The notes below the pieces were generated by a model that had not been told where the DNA came from, did no database searches, and saw only the letters and a program-made list of their open reading frames with translations. A program made the translations under genes and the position numbers. A DNA stretch of 64,000 nucleotides from a virus (lineage: Duplodnaviria > Caudoviricetes), in IMG/VR virus record IMGVR_UViG_2926965794_000002, positions 32,001-96,000 of that record; one strand, given 5' to 3'. The first letter of the stretch is position 1, and each line of letters begins with the position of its first letter. Shown in pieces: positions 19,085-28,672 of this stretch.

Positions 19085-20134
19085 TCAGCCGCGCGCGCCG
19101 AGCGCGACGAATGCCGACTGCTGGTTGGCGGAGTTGCGCGGCGTGATCGGCGTCTTCCACGCCGGCGCGCCGTCCACGCGATAGCGAAGCTTGAACGCCA
19201 TCTCGTCGGTCACGAATTTCGCGTGGATCGAGCTCAACAAACCGCCAGATGCCTGCTCCTTCTCGGCAACGATGTACTGGCTCATGTCCGCCAGGACGAC
19301 GTCGCCGGCGGCGCCGAGCGGCGCGGTGTACTCGCAGAGCTCGACGGGCATCTGCAGCAGCCGGCGCTCGCCGTTCGGGCCGGTCTCGAACAGCTTGGTG
19401 CCGGTGCTCTCCTCCAGGGCAACGATCTGCCCGAAGGCGTCGTTGCCCATCATCCAAATCGCCGTGGCGTGTGACGGGCCCCAAAGCCCGGCGGCCATCG
19501 CGGAGAGGTTGGTCGTGGAAATCGTCCCGGCCGCCTGGCCGTTATCCTTCGGTACCGTCAGCAGACCCGGGGCATTCAGGATCCCAAGCGGCTCGCCCAC
19601 GCCGCTACCCGCGACGATCGCGCGCTCAATCCCAAATGCCGCCTCGAGGCCGAAGATCCGGATCAGCGCCGCGGCCAGCGCCGGCGCGTCCTCGTTCAAC
19701 TCCTCGGTGGTGAAGAACATCCCGAGGAGCTTCTTCAGCTTGAGCTCGAGCAGATCAAACTTCAGCGCGGAGTCGTTGTCGTCGCCGCCCTGGTCGGTCC
19801 AGTACATCCGGGCGCCGCCGAAGCGCGAATTCACCGGCTGCTCGGCGTCACCGCGATCGGACTCCGAAATCGCCGGGATGATGAGCTTGTCGCCCTTGGT
19901 GATGGGTTGGCGATCGCAGCGCGCCAGAATGCGGCCAGTGGCGTAGACGCGTGTCCACAGCGCCGCGGCAAACTCCACGGGTACGAGGAAGCCGCCGCCC
20001 GGCCCGGAAACACCGCTGAGGCCGGAGACGGAAGCCGCCGGCACCAGGCGGTGGTCGCTGTCCTCGGCCTGCTCGGCGCCGATCACGGCCGCGAGGAAGC
20101 TGGCGAAAGTCTGGAACGTCATGGGCTTGTTCAT
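19085..20134 (-). CDS. Second HK97-fold capsid paralogue (no delta domain)
   Basis: GGGFLVP, RFGG..YW, TEELNEDA, GSGVGEPLGI, SIHAKF..RVDG.P.W..P motifs collinear with 17598..18935. Confidence 0.85.
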   Translation of the reverse strand: MNKPMTFQTFASFLAAVIGAEQAEDSDHRLVPAASVSGLSGVSGPGGGFLVPVEFAAALWTRVYATGRILARCDRQPITKGDKLIIPAISESDRGDAEQPVNSRFGGARMYWTDQGGDDNDSALKFDLLELKLKKLLGMFFTTEELNEDAPALAAALIRIFGLEAAFGIERAIVAGSGVGEPLGILNAPGLLTVPKDNGQAAGTISTTNLSAMAAGLWGPSHATAIWMMGNDAFGQIVALEESTGTKLFETGPNGERRLLQMPVELCEYTAPLGAAGDVVLADMSQYIVAEKEQASGGLLSSIHAKFVTDEMAFKLRYRVDGAPAWKTPITPRNSANQQSAFVALGARG

Positions 20135-20151
20135 GGCGCGACCGTTTCCTC

Positions 20152-21594
20152 TTAGGCGCTGAGCAGAGCGAGACGGCGGCGACGGGCCTCAGCGGCCTGC
20201 TTGCGCTCGGCCAGTTCGGCCTCGGCCTTGTTCGGCGGCGGCTCGGTGAAACTGCTGCCGTCGGCCAGCGAACAAATCCAATCGCCGGCCATCGAGACAC
20301 CGATCTTGCTGTAGACCGCGGCCCCGTTCTCGACCGCGATCGTGACCGTCTCGCCGGCGACCTTCAGATACGGGGACTGGGTCTCGATCAGCCCGGTCGA
20401 GATCACGACCTTGGCGGGCCAGTGCTCCAGCACGTAGTACGTGCGAGCCTCGCCCTCGGTCTCCATGCGGAAGGCCACCCGTCCGCAGTCGGCCGTTGGG
20501 AGAATCTGGTCGGTGGCGCTGGTGATGTTGTGGGCGCGGATATCACCATCGACGAAGAGGTTGCCGGGGATTGCCACGCCGCTTTCGGTGACATGGACCC
20601 CCTCAGCCTGCACGTTCGCGCCGGCGACCGTGTCGGCGTCGGCCGACTCGTCCGGTCCCTGCTCTTCACCGCGACGACGACGACCACCCTCTTCCGGCAT
20701 CTCCATCGTGAGACCAACGCCCTGCAGAGCCATCTTGATCGTGGCGACGTCGTCGATCATGCCGAGGCGCTTCGCCATCGGAGCGCTGTAGCAGCGGCCC
20801 TTGCCGAACTTCTCGAGCACGACGTCCTTGGTGACGCCGCGGCCGCGCGCGACAGCGGTCAGGAAGTCGTCATAGGTCTGATCGACCTCGGACTGATAGA
20901 ATGCTTTTGCTTCGTCGCTCAGCGGCTCCATCGAGTTGCCTTCGGTCTTGTACTCGCCGGCATAGATGAAGGTCGGCTTGATGCCGTTGTCGGCCATCAG
21001 CGCCGAGCAGTCGTAGTGGCACATGAAGACGCCGATCGAACCGATGTCGCCCGACGGCACCGAGACCAGCTTGGTGCACTGGCTGCCGATCCAGTAGCCG
21101 GCCGAGGCGCACAGCGGATTGATGATGCCGACCACCGTCTTCTTGCGGGCGGCCCGATAGACAGCATCGGCCGCCTCCTGCGTGCCCGTGACGGCGCCGC
21201 CGGGCGTGTTGATGTCGAGCACGATCATGTCAACCGACGGATCGTTCGCCAGGCTGTCCATGATCTGGGACAGCAGCAGGGTCGAGAAGCAGTACGGCTG
21301 GTACTCGAGGTCGTAGAGCGCGACGCCATGCAGCGAGACCAGCGCGGTATACTTGCCGGCCTTCGCGCTCGGCGACATCTGCGGGCCGGCCGACATCCGG
21401 ACATGCTTCGGCTCGGATCCGTCCTCGTCCTCGAGGCCATAGATCTCGCGGATTTCCTTGTCGTGGACCTTGCCGCGCGCGACGCGCTCGAAGAGACCAC
21501 CGAGGACCGCGCCGAAACCGTTCCGCAGGTCGAACGCAAACATCCGGCCGTTGGAGCTCCGGATCTCGCGCTTAAACTGCTGCATCTTCCCCAT
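20152..21594 (-). CDS. Prohead protease, S49 (SppA-like) family, with C-terminal extension
   Basis: DINTPGG, ASAGYWIGS, GSIGV, GEYKTEGN, VARGRG motifs; start trimmed to MGKMQ. Confidence 0.9.
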   Translation of the reverse strand: MGKMQQFKREIRSSNGRMFAFDLRNGFGAVLGGLFERVARGKVHDKEIREIYGLEDEDGSEPKHVRMSAGPQMSPSAKAGKYTALVSLHGVALYDLEYQPYCFSTLLLSQIMDSLANDPSVDMIVLDINTPGGAVTGTQEAADAVYRAARKKTVVGIINPLCASAGYWIGSQCTKLVSVPSGDIGSIGVFMCHYDCSALMADNGIKPTFIYAGEYKTEGNSMEPLSDEAKAFYQSEVDQTYDDFLTAVARGRGVTKDVVLEKFGKGRCYSAPMAKRLGMIDDVATIKMALQGVGLTMEMPEEGGRRRRGEEQGPDESADADTVAGANVQAEGVHVTESGVAIPGNLFVDGDIRAHNITSATDQILPTADCGRVAFRMETEGEARTYYVLEHWPAKVVISTGLIETQSPYLKVAGETVTIAVENGAAVYSKIGVSMAGDWICSLADGSSFTEPPPNKAEAELAERKQAAEARRRRLALLSA

Positions 21595-23266
21595 TTTGGG
21601 CTCCGTGTTTCTTGAGGACGGCGGCGATCTGGCCGGCGAGCTTTTCGTCTCGCCGATCGAGCAACGCCACGATGTCGTTGGCACCCAAGGCCTCGTCACG
21701 CTGGTGGGCGCAGTACGCCCGCGCGCCGTCGCGCGAGATCTGCAGATTCTGCATCACAAAGCTGACGTGGCCGCCGTAGAACGCCTTGATAAACTCGCGC
21801 ATGCCGTCGGGATCGGCGGCGAACTTCAGCGAAGCCTTGCGGAGCGCCTGGTTCTCTTTCCGGGCGACTCGAGCCGCGACGGCTTCTGGCGTGTTGTCTT
21901 CGATCCTCTCGGGCGGCGCCGGCAGAGCCGCGGCTGGCTGATCGGCCGCCGGCGGCAGCGCCTGCTGCTGCTGCTGATACGCTCCGCGCGACACCTGGTC
22001 GGCCCAGGGCTCGTTGATCCGGTTGAGGCCCTCCGCGACGCGGACCTCGTTGATGGTCATCCATCCAGGGGCGCCGCCGGTGCCAAGCGCCGCCGACCAA
22101 TAGTTCCGGCGGGCTTCGAGATTGCCGCGCTCCAGCGCGTCGAGATTGAACTTCACCTCGTACAGGCCGGTCGCGATGATGAGGTCGCGGCGGATCGCCT
22201 GCTCGATTTTCCGGGCCCAAGGCCGGATGGTGTACTTCACGAAGTTGATGGACTGCTCTTCGACCGTCGACCGATTCGTCTGGTCGTCGACGCCGAGCAT
22301 GTGCAGCGGGATGCGGAAGAAGCGCGCCAGTTCGGCGATCTGCCACTTCCGGGCCTCGAGCAGCTGAGCCTCGCTCGCCTTCATCGAAGCCGGCTCGAAC
22401 TTGGCGCCGTCCTGGAGAACCGCCGGACGGTGGAAATTTTCCGGGCTGGCGTACTTCTCCATGAGGCGTGCGATCAGACGCCGCACCGCCTGCGGGCTCA
22501 TCCGCTTCTGGGTGGTGATGAAACCGCCCATGTTGAGGTTGTTCGAGAAGATCCGCGAGGCGTACTGGTCCGCGGCGACGCCGAGGCCGATCGACTCGGC
22601 GGCCAGATCCAGCATGCTGAGACCATTGACGCCATCGAGCGACAGGCTCGGGATGCGCAGCACCTCGTCCTGCAGAAGAACCCGAGATCCTCCGGAAGTC
22701 GGGTTGGTGACGGTGAACCGCAGCGTCCCGTCACGAAGCTGGTCCTGCGTGACGCGATCGCTGCGCAGGAATTTAAGTTGGTCGACCGCACCGCGGGCGC
22801 CCGGAACGATCTCGGCGTAACCGGTGCCGAACAGCACCGCATGCAGGATGATCGACTCCCAGAACTCGGCCGCGGTCTGCGTCTTGTTCGGCTGGAAGCG
22901 GATCAGTTCCGCCACGGGATGACCTGGCGCCGGCAGGCGGCCGTCATCCGGCATGACCTTGTTGATCGAGACCGGCAGGCTCGCGATGGTCTCGGCGAGA
23001 ACCTTGGCACACGCCGCGAACGCCGACAGGCGCATCGCGATCATCGGTGTGATCCGGATCCCGGCCTTCGACCGCTTGCCTACCGACTCGTAATAGAAAT
23101 CAGCATCGTCGCCGTAGTAGCGCTCCTCCTGCTCGCCGGAATCGTCTGCACGACGACCGAGCGACCACACTGCGGCAACGGTGTTGTTGATCCAACCCAT
23201 GGGCGATTTCGGTCCTGATGAGTTGCGAGAAGGCGGCGGGGCAGCGATCGCGGCCGCCTGCATCAC
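21572..23266 (-). CDS. Portal protein, HK97 family
   Basis: AC.KVLAETIASLP, QPN..QT, GTGYAEI, QLLEARKW..ELARFFRIP, MTINEVR motifs. Confidence 0.95.
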   Translation of the reverse strand: MMQAAAIAAPPPSRNSSGPKSPMGWINNTVAAVWSLGRRADDSGEQEERYYGDDADFYYESVGKRSKAGIRITPMIAMRLSAFAACAKVLAETIASLPVSINKVMPDDGRLPAPGHPVAELIRFQPNKTQTAAEFWESIILHAVLFGTGYAEIVPGARGAVDQLKFLRSDRVTQDQLRDGTLRFTVTNPTSGGSRVLLQDEVLRIPSLSLDGVNGLSMLDLAAESIGLGVAADQYASRIFSNNLNMGGFITTQKRMSPQAVRRLIARLMEKYASPENFHRPAVLQDGAKFEPASMKASEAQLLEARKWQIAELARFFRIPLHMLGVDDQTNRSTVEEQSINFVKYTIRPWARKIEQAIRRDLIIATGLYEVKFNLDALERGNLEARRNYWSAALGTGGAPGWMTINEVRVAEGLNRINEPWADQVSRGAYQQQQQALPPAADQPAAALPAPPERIEDNTPEAVAARVARKENQALRKASLKFAADPDGMREFIKAFYGGHVSFVMQNLQISRDGARAYCAHQRDEALGANDIVALLDRRDEKLAGQIAAVLKKHGAQNGEDAAV

Positions 23267-25005
23267 ACCACGACGTCGTCATCCTCGTAGGCTGAGCCCG
23301 CCGGCTCCGGATTCATCGACATCAGGGAGACGGCGTCGAACACGGCCATCAGGGGATCGATCTTCGCCATACCGCTGATCTGCTTGGTGATGAGCGTTGC
23401 GTTTCCGCGCTGCTCGGCCTTTGCGTTGCCGATCGACCAGGACATCAGCCGGGTGCCTTCATGGATCAGCGTGCCGGCGGCAACCCGCCGCTCCGCGTCC
23501 TTGATGGCGCCGTTCAGCTTCCAGCCCTGCGCGATGCCGACGATGCGCTCCTTCTCGAAGCCGCGGGCCTCGCTGGTGAGCTCGTCCACGATTGAACCGA
23601 TGCCGGCGGCGTCGACTGCGATCGCGGGGCCTTCCGCCAGCTTTCCCGACTCCTCGACCCGCACCACGATGTCAGCGACCGCAGTGACGTCGTCGCCGGG
23701 CTTCTCCACCATCGTGAGCGTGTTTTCCTTGACGAACTCCGCGAGCTCGGTGGCGATCTGCTTGCGGCGCTCCAGCACGATCTCGTGCGCCCAGGCCCGC
23801 GCCCATAGCAGCCACTTCCGTTTCGACAGATCCTCGGCGGCACCAGCTGCCCTCTTCTCTCGCCCCAGCACCGCGAGACCGAGAAGGTCGTCCAGCCCGC
23901 CGCCGTCGATCCCGATCACCGCGACCTCGCAGCGGTTGAGCAGATCCTCGAGCGACGTGACCCTTTCCTGCGACTTGTTCCAGAAGTCTGCGCCGGCCCA
24001 GCGATCGGCCCGCAGCTTTGATCCGATCTGGACGTTGAGGTGCTTCGCAAGGAAGACGTTCAGCCCGGCCTTGTCGCCGCGCCGCGCCTCGGTCAGTTTG
24101 TCGGTGATCCATTCCGAAAAGACGGAAACTTCGAGGTTCGGATTGGTGACGTAGAAGTTTGCCGGGTCGAGATAAGCCTCGGCCTCGAGCATCGCGTCCG
24201 GGAACTCGTAGAGCATCCCGAGCTTCTTCGGGTCCGAGATCTTGCCGTCGCGGATATCGCGGTAGAGCTTCAGCTTCTCGAGGAACACGCCGGTCGGCGG
24301 TTCGTCGGAATGCGTCGACAGGAAGATGACGAAGCCTTCCGGACGTGACACCAAGCCGCCCGTCGCCTCCCGAAACATGGCCTCTGCGTTGGCGCGCTTC
24401 CCGAACAGCCAGAGCTCGTCGATCAGGACGAAGGACGCCTTCTTACCGCCAACGGTGTCGGTGTCGGCGGCCACGACCCGGAGCACCGCGTTCGTGACCC
24501 GATGCGTGATCTGCCGAAAATTCTCCTGGACATGAAGAAGGTCACGCAGTTCCTCGTCGCGGTAGACCATGTCGCGCGCCGGGTCGAACGAGTTCTTCGC
24601 AATCTCGATCGTCGGCGCCAAGATCAGGAGCTGAGCGGAATGCCTCCAGTTCCGTATCAGCGCGGTGATCATGATGCCCGCGGCGATCGTCGACTTGCCG
24701 TTCTTCTTGCTGATCAGCAGGAAGAACTCGTCGATGAGCCTCTTGGCCGTCGAATGGTCGTACGCGCCAAAGATGGCGAGCACGAAATCGAATACCCATT
24801 GCTCGCCGGCCTCGCCAAACGTCGGCGGCCGCATCTCGCCGGTTTCGGAGTCCTCGATCGGCGTGGCGTCGACGATGTGCAGCGACTTGAAGACCTCAAG
24901 TGCCGCATAGGCCTCATTCGGGAAGAGCGGCCCGAACGGGATCAGGCTCTCCCTGGCAACGATCCTCCGCTCCCAGTCCGGGCAGGCCGTTGACCAGGAT
25001 CTCAC
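23263..25005 (-). CDS. terL: Terminase large subunit
   Basis: Walker A ISKKNGKS, Walker B LIDELW, nuclease GIDGGGLDDL and KIDPLMA. Confidence 0.95.
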   Translation of the reverse strand: MRSWSTACPDWERRIVARESLIPFGPLFPNEAYAALEVFKSLHIVDATPIEDSETGEMRPPTFGEAGEQWVFDFVLAIFGAYDHSTAKRLIDEFFLLISKKNGKSTIAAGIMITALIRNWRHSAQLLILAPTIEIAKNSFDPARDMVYRDEELRDLLHVQENFRQITHRVTNAVLRVVAADTDTVGGKKASFVLIDELWLFGKRANAEAMFREATGGLVSRPEGFVIFLSTHSDEPPTGVFLEKLKLYRDIRDGKISDPKKLGMLYEFPDAMLEAEAYLDPANFYVTNPNLEVSVFSEWITDKLTEARRGDKAGLNVFLAKHLNVQIGSKLRADRWAGADFWNKSQERVTSLEDLLNRCEVAVIGIDGGGLDDLLGLAVLGREKRAAGAAEDLSKRKWLLWARAWAHEIVLERRKQIATELAEFVKENTLTMVEKPGDDVTAVADIVVRVEESGKLAEGPAIAVDAAGIGSIVDELTSEARGFEKERIVGIAQGWKLNGAIKDAERRVAAGTLIHEGTRLMSWSIGNAKAEQRGNATLITKQISGMAKIDPLMAVFDAVSLMSMNPEPAGSAYEDDDVVV

Positions 25006-25556
25006 TGGTTGTTCACCACCAGCTTAGGCGGCTCAGGTGCTTTGAACTTGCCGCCGACATTCTCGGCGGCCGCCTGACGCTCTTCCTTCTTCCCCAGCCT
25101 GGCGGGCTTCGGTGCCGCCGCAGCAGCGGCCTGTGGCTTTCCGCGCTCGCCAACGGAGCCGGCCGCGCGCGAGACCTTACCCATTTCGTCGAGCCGCTTG
25201 ATTGCCGAGACGTTCTTCGCGTGCGCGGCCTCGAACAGAAGCTTGGTCACCTCAGCACGCTGGTTCGCGTATCCGTTCTCGAGCTCGTTGGCGCAGTGCT
25301 TGCGCAGGGTGTCGACATCGACCTTCAGCGCCCGGGCGATCATGGCCTCAGACTCGCCGCAAAACTTCAGCCGCTCGACCGTCTGCCGGTCCGCGATCGA
25401 CGGCGCCCATGCCGGACGACCGCCCTTGTTGCGCTTCGCCGAATTGCTCGACGTCCCGCGCTTTTTCGGTTTCGACGCCTTCCGCTTCGCCGGCTTCGCT
25501 TCAGCGCGATCGCTGGCTTCCGCAGGATTTTCGTCGGCGGTCGGTTTTTCGGTCAT
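25002..25556 (-). CDS. terS: Terminase small subunit
   Basis: GGRP, HTH IARALKVDVDTLRKH, LGKKEERQAAA tail; overlaps the terL start; start trimmed to MTEKP. Confidence 0.85.
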   Translation of the reverse strand: MTEKPTADENPAEASDRAEAKPAKRKASKPKKRGTSSNSAKRNKGGRPAWAPSIADRQTVERLKFCGESEAMIARALKVDVDTLRKHCANELENGYANQRAEVTKLLFEAAHAKNVSAIKRLDEMGKVSRAAGSVGERGKPQAAAAAAPKPARLGKKEERQAAAENVGGKFKAPEPPKLVVNNQ

Positions 25557-25579
25557 TTTGCGAGTTCCGGCCAAAAATT

Positions 25580-25700
25580 CGGGCCGCCTCAAAAAAATTG
25601 TGCAGGTGCCACCCCGAGCGGTCCCGGGTCCGCGCGCCGTCGGGAAATTGCCCCGGGGGTACGGTTCGGCCGGATTGCTAGCGAAATGGGCGGGTTTAGG
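25580..25700. other. Candidate packaging end (cos) region
   Basis: Non-coding DNA directly upstream of terS with GC-rich near-palindromes (CCCCGGGGG) and an abrupt composition change; exact site not determinable. Confidence 0.35.
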
Positions 25701-25956
25701 CGCCGTTCTGGCGGGTTTTGCGTGCGATTGGCGCGGTTGAGGCGCGCCGAGCTATGGGCGCCGAGGGCTTGCCGGATGGCCGAGGCCGATAGCCTGGCCG
25801 ATTAGTGTCAATCCGTTGTGCTGGCGCCGCTGGCGCCGCGCCGCGCGCGGTAACCGTCCGCCTTCTCTCTCGCCTAGCGTGCCTAGTGGCGTGGTGCGGT
25901 TGACGTTGCGGCCTTGCGTCCATCCGCCGAGGCCGAGGCGCCGAGGCCAGAAACGC

Positions 25957-25986
25957 AAAACCCGCCGAGGTTTCCCGCGGCGGGTT
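25957..25986 (-). terminator. Intrinsic terminator (minus strand)
   Basis: AACCCGCCG-cgggaaacct-CGGCGGGTTTT. Confidence 0.55.
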
Positions 25987-26162
25987 GGCTGCAGCGACAC
26001 TGCGCCGAATGCCTGTTCTGAATCATAACTGGAGTCGGAGTGTCAAATCCGGTTCCGCTACTCGGCGGTGCATGACGGCGCCGCGCGGCCTCGGTCTCTC
26101 CCTGTTCTGTGATAGCTATTCGCTAGATGGACTGTTCAAACTCACGGGATAGGGAAAACGAC

Positions 26163-26474
26163 ATGCCTGCAGCGAAGGCGAATAGCTCGGCGCCGAGACA
26201 AGCCGGCAAAGGCCGCGCCTATGCCTCGGCCGGCGCCACACTGCGAATCAGCGCGGCCGAATTCATCGCTTGGCAGGAAGAGCTAGGCCTTTCGAATGGT
26301 GCTGCAGCTGCAGCGCTATTCGTTTCGCCCAATACGGTTACAGCGGTGCGCGCGGAAGGCGGTAGCGCTGAACTGGCGCTGAAGTGTCGCGCCATCGCCG
26401 CCGGCCTTTCGCCAGCGCTACCCATGCAAGAGGCCTTCCGCCTCGGCCGGATAAACGCCATTCTGCAGGAATAG
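26163..26474 (+). CDS. Small XRE-like HTH protein (first island gene)
   Basis: SAAEFIAWQEELGLSNGAAAAALFVSPNTV helix-turn-helix pattern; start trimmed to MPAAK. Confidence 0.7.
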   Translation: MPAAKANSSAPRQAGKGRAYASAGATLRISAAEFIAWQEELGLSNGAAAAALFVSPNTVTAVRAEGGSAELALKCRAIAAGLSPALPMQEAFRLGRINAILQE

Positions 26475-26547
26475 GCCGCAATTCCCTGTAGTGTGAGGTC
26501 GGCCGGCCGAAACCCTATCTTTTTTCACAGAGCAGCGAATTAGGGGA

Positions 26548-26576
26548 TTGACAGGCACCGCGCTTTCTAGGCATGT
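26548..26576 (+). promoter_or_regulatory. Candidate sigma70 promoter of the island
   Basis: Perfect TTGACA at 26548, 42 nt before repeat A1; -10 box weak. Confidence 0.4.
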
Positions 26577-26623
26577 GCGGCGAACGGAACGCGCGATTGT
26601 GCGCAAATCAAAAGGCCGCCGAC

Positions 26624-26860
26624 ATGGCAAAGACTATCGCCTATCAAGTCACAGTCCGCCGCATTGCTACCGGTTGTGACTTCCATATCCGTCTATTCTC
26701 ACAGTCCGCCGAGCATGCCAGCAACCGCGCCGTTGATCGCGCGCGCTTCGCTGAACGTATCTCACTGGCCAAATATCAGGAACTGAATGCCAAAGGCATT
26801 GCGTGCTTTCGCGTCATTTCTTGCGAAGTGTCCGCCGATCAATCGCGGCCGATTGGTTAG
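26624..26860 (+). CDS. Small hypothetical island protein
   Basis: ATG 34 nt after repeat A1, with RBS. Confidence 0.75.
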   Translation: MAKTIAYQVTVRRIATGCDFHIRLFSQSAEHASNRAVDRARFAERISLAKYQELNAKGIACFRVISCEVSADQSRPIG

Positions 26861-26868
26861 GCCGCGCC

Positions 26869-27036
26869 ATGCTCGCCGCTTTCATTTCCTTTTGCATCGC
26901 CAACCCGCCCTTTGCAGGTTTTATGCTTGCAGCGATCTATACCCTTTGCTGGGCCATCCTAGCTCCCTTTCTGTATGCGCCGGCAACGCCTCGGCGCCGT
27001 TCGATCCGGCGCCGCGCGCGCCGCAACCGCCGCTAG
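26869..27036 (+). CDS. Small membrane protein with Arg-rich tail
   Basis: MLAAFISF.. hydrophobic segment then RRRSIRRRARRNRR. Confidence 0.5.
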   Translation: MLAAFISFCIANPPFAGFMLAAIYTLCWAILAPFLYAPATPRRRSIRRRARRNRR

Positions 27037-27047
27037 GAGCAAAGCCA

Positions 27048-27284
27048 ATGCCGATTATCGTTTGCCATGATGGGGCGATCTACCGCGCCGAGATTTGGGG
27101 ATTCCGCGGCACTTGCGCGCTAATCCATAAGGCTAGCGGCCGATATGCGGTTATCCGCGGCGCCGAGGCCGCGCGTTACCATGACGCAATCGCGGTTGCG
27201 TATCTGCGATTTGGTAGCATGCCGGGTGATACGCTCTATGCCTGGCTTTGGACCAATGCCGGCTTTCATCGTTTGGCCAGCTAG
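27048..27284 (+). CDS. Small hypothetical island protein
   Basis: AGGAG RBS, MPIIVCHDG start. Confidence 0.6.
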   Translation: MPIIVCHDGAIYRAEIWGFRGTCALIHKASGRYAVIRGAEAARYHDAIAVAYLRFGSMPGDTLYAWLWTNAGFHRLAS

Positions 27285-27339
27285 GCCGCCTTCTAAGACT
27301 GCAACCGCGCGACTGTGCGCAAATCGAGAGGCTAGACCA

Positions 27340-27420
27340 ATGAGAGAGAATTCCGATTTTATCCTGTTCTGCGCGGCGGCTTTCGTCGGAACGTTTGTCA
27401 TTTTCGCTTGCTGTATGTGA
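27340..27420 (+). CDS. 26 aa hydrophobic micro-protein
   Basis: ATG 34 nt after repeat A2; MRENSDFILFCAAAFVGTFVIFACCM. Confidence 0.55.
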   Translation: MRENSDFILFCAAAFVGTFVIFACCM

Positions 27421-27430
27421 GGCGCGCGCC

Positions 27431-27670
27431 ATGGCAAAGCCTGATGATTTGACTTCCTACGCCTCGGCCGGATATGCCGCGCCGGCCTCGGCCAATCCGC
27501 ACTTGTGGAGTAGCGCAACACACATTGCGTTTCGCCTCGGCCAATGGTTGCACGAAACCGGCCGGCCGGCCCCGCGGAACGTCCGCATGTCGCGCGGCCT
27601 TTCGATCCGCGCAAACGATATGCTGATACGCTGGAACGCCAAAACCGGCGCATGCGAACGGATCAACTAA
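27431..27670 (+). CDS. Small hypothetical island protein
   Basis: GAGG RBS; MAKPDD..NPHLWSS..AFRLG. Confidence 0.65.
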   Translation: MAKPDDLTSYASAGYAAPASANPHLWSSATHIAFRLGQWLHETGRPAPRNVRMSRGLSIRANDMLIRWNAKTGACERIN

Positions 27671-27764
27671 CGCGATTTGCAGCCTATGCCGTGCAAGTCA
27701 CGGCATAACCGGCAAACCGCCGAAACCGCGCAATTGTGCGCAAACTTGAAAAGGACATAGGCAA

Positions 27765-27869
27765 ATGAAGTATCGCAAGCATGATTCCGACCGCCGGCCG
27801 AGCGACAAGCGGACTCGCCGCGCCGCGGTGCGCGATGGCAAGCGCGCGTTTCTGAATTCTTGCCTCTAA
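27765..27869 (+). CDS. 34 aa basic micro-protein
   Basis: ATG 38 nt after repeat A3; MKYRKHDSDRRPSDKRTRRAAVRDGKRAFLNSCL; below the ORF-track cutoff. Confidence 0.55.
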   Translation: MKYRKHDSDRRPSDKRTRRAAVRDGKRAFLNSCL

Positions 27870-27882
27870 GGGAGCTAGGGCA

Positions 27883-28179
27883 ATGCCTGCAGTCACACTA
27901 GACGGCGCCGTCTATTTCAATTGCTGTACGGATTACTCGGCGCCGGATTGGTCCGCCTTTCGTTCGCTGGAAATTGGAGGTTGCAGTGTCCGGCATGATC
28001 CGGACACGGGCGAAAGCAATGTGACCGGAAACCGCGCGCCGGACGATTCCGCCTTTTGGACTGTATACGCTCGCGAGCATGACGGTTGCGCGCTCGCGAT
28101 TACCGATTGCGGAATCCAAACGGAAACACACGCGATTGCCGAAACGCTATCCCGGCTTTCCGGCCTTCCCCTGATTTGA
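27883..28179 (+). CDS. Small acidic hypothetical protein
   Basis: GGGAG RBS; 98 aa. Confidence 0.7.
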   Translation: MPAVTLDGAVYFNCCTDYSAPDWSAFRSLEIGGCSVRHDPDTGESNVTGNRAPDDSAFWTVYAREHDGCALAITDCGIQTETHAIAETLSRLSGLPLI

Positions 28180-28267
28180 CGTTGCGACACTGCGCAGCAT
28201 GTCTGCGCAGCACGGAACGCCAAAGCGGACCAACGCGCGATTGTGCGCAATCGAAAGGCTTTCGACC

Positions 28268-28672
28268 ATGAACCGCAAACCGCAATTCGCTTGGCAATGT
28301 TCCTTTATGGGGACTGTCTACTATCGCGTTACGGATCAAACCGGCAACTATGAGGTTTCCATCCGTCATTCCGTTTCCGACTATGAGCTATCGATAGCAA
28401 ATGGCGATGACGTCCGGCGCGCCATGCGGACGGGAATCGGCATGCTTGTCCGATATGCCGAGGCATTGCCGGCGGATATCGTCGCGGCCTTCAATGCCTG
28501 GCGCGCCGCTGAACATGCTGCAGCCATGGCGAAACTTGACGCCGCGCCGGAACGCTATGGCGTCATCGCGCCGGATGACGAATTGCGCAAGCCGCCAATG
28601 ATCGCCCGCGCGGCCTCCTATGATCGCGCGCTGGGATGGATTCCGGTTTGCGAACTGGAGCGCGCAGCATGA
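28268..28672 (+). CDS. Hypothetical island protein
   Basis: ATG 34 nt after repeat A4. Confidence 0.75.
   Translation: MNRKPQFAWQCSFMGTVYYRVTDQTGNYEVSIRHSVSDYELSIANGDDVRRAMRTGIGMLVRYAEALPADIVAAFNAWRAAEHAAAMAKLDAAPERYGVIAPDDELRKPPMIARAASYDRALGWIPVCELERAA

Noticed and set aside
3101-23218. Long plus-strand ORFs (3101..4483, 7016..9148, 10082..11494, 12371..13873, 16306..17883, 17736..19184, 21458..23218)
   Set aside because: Antisense shadows of well-supported structural genes in high-GC DNA; Arg/Gly-rich with no recognisable motifs.
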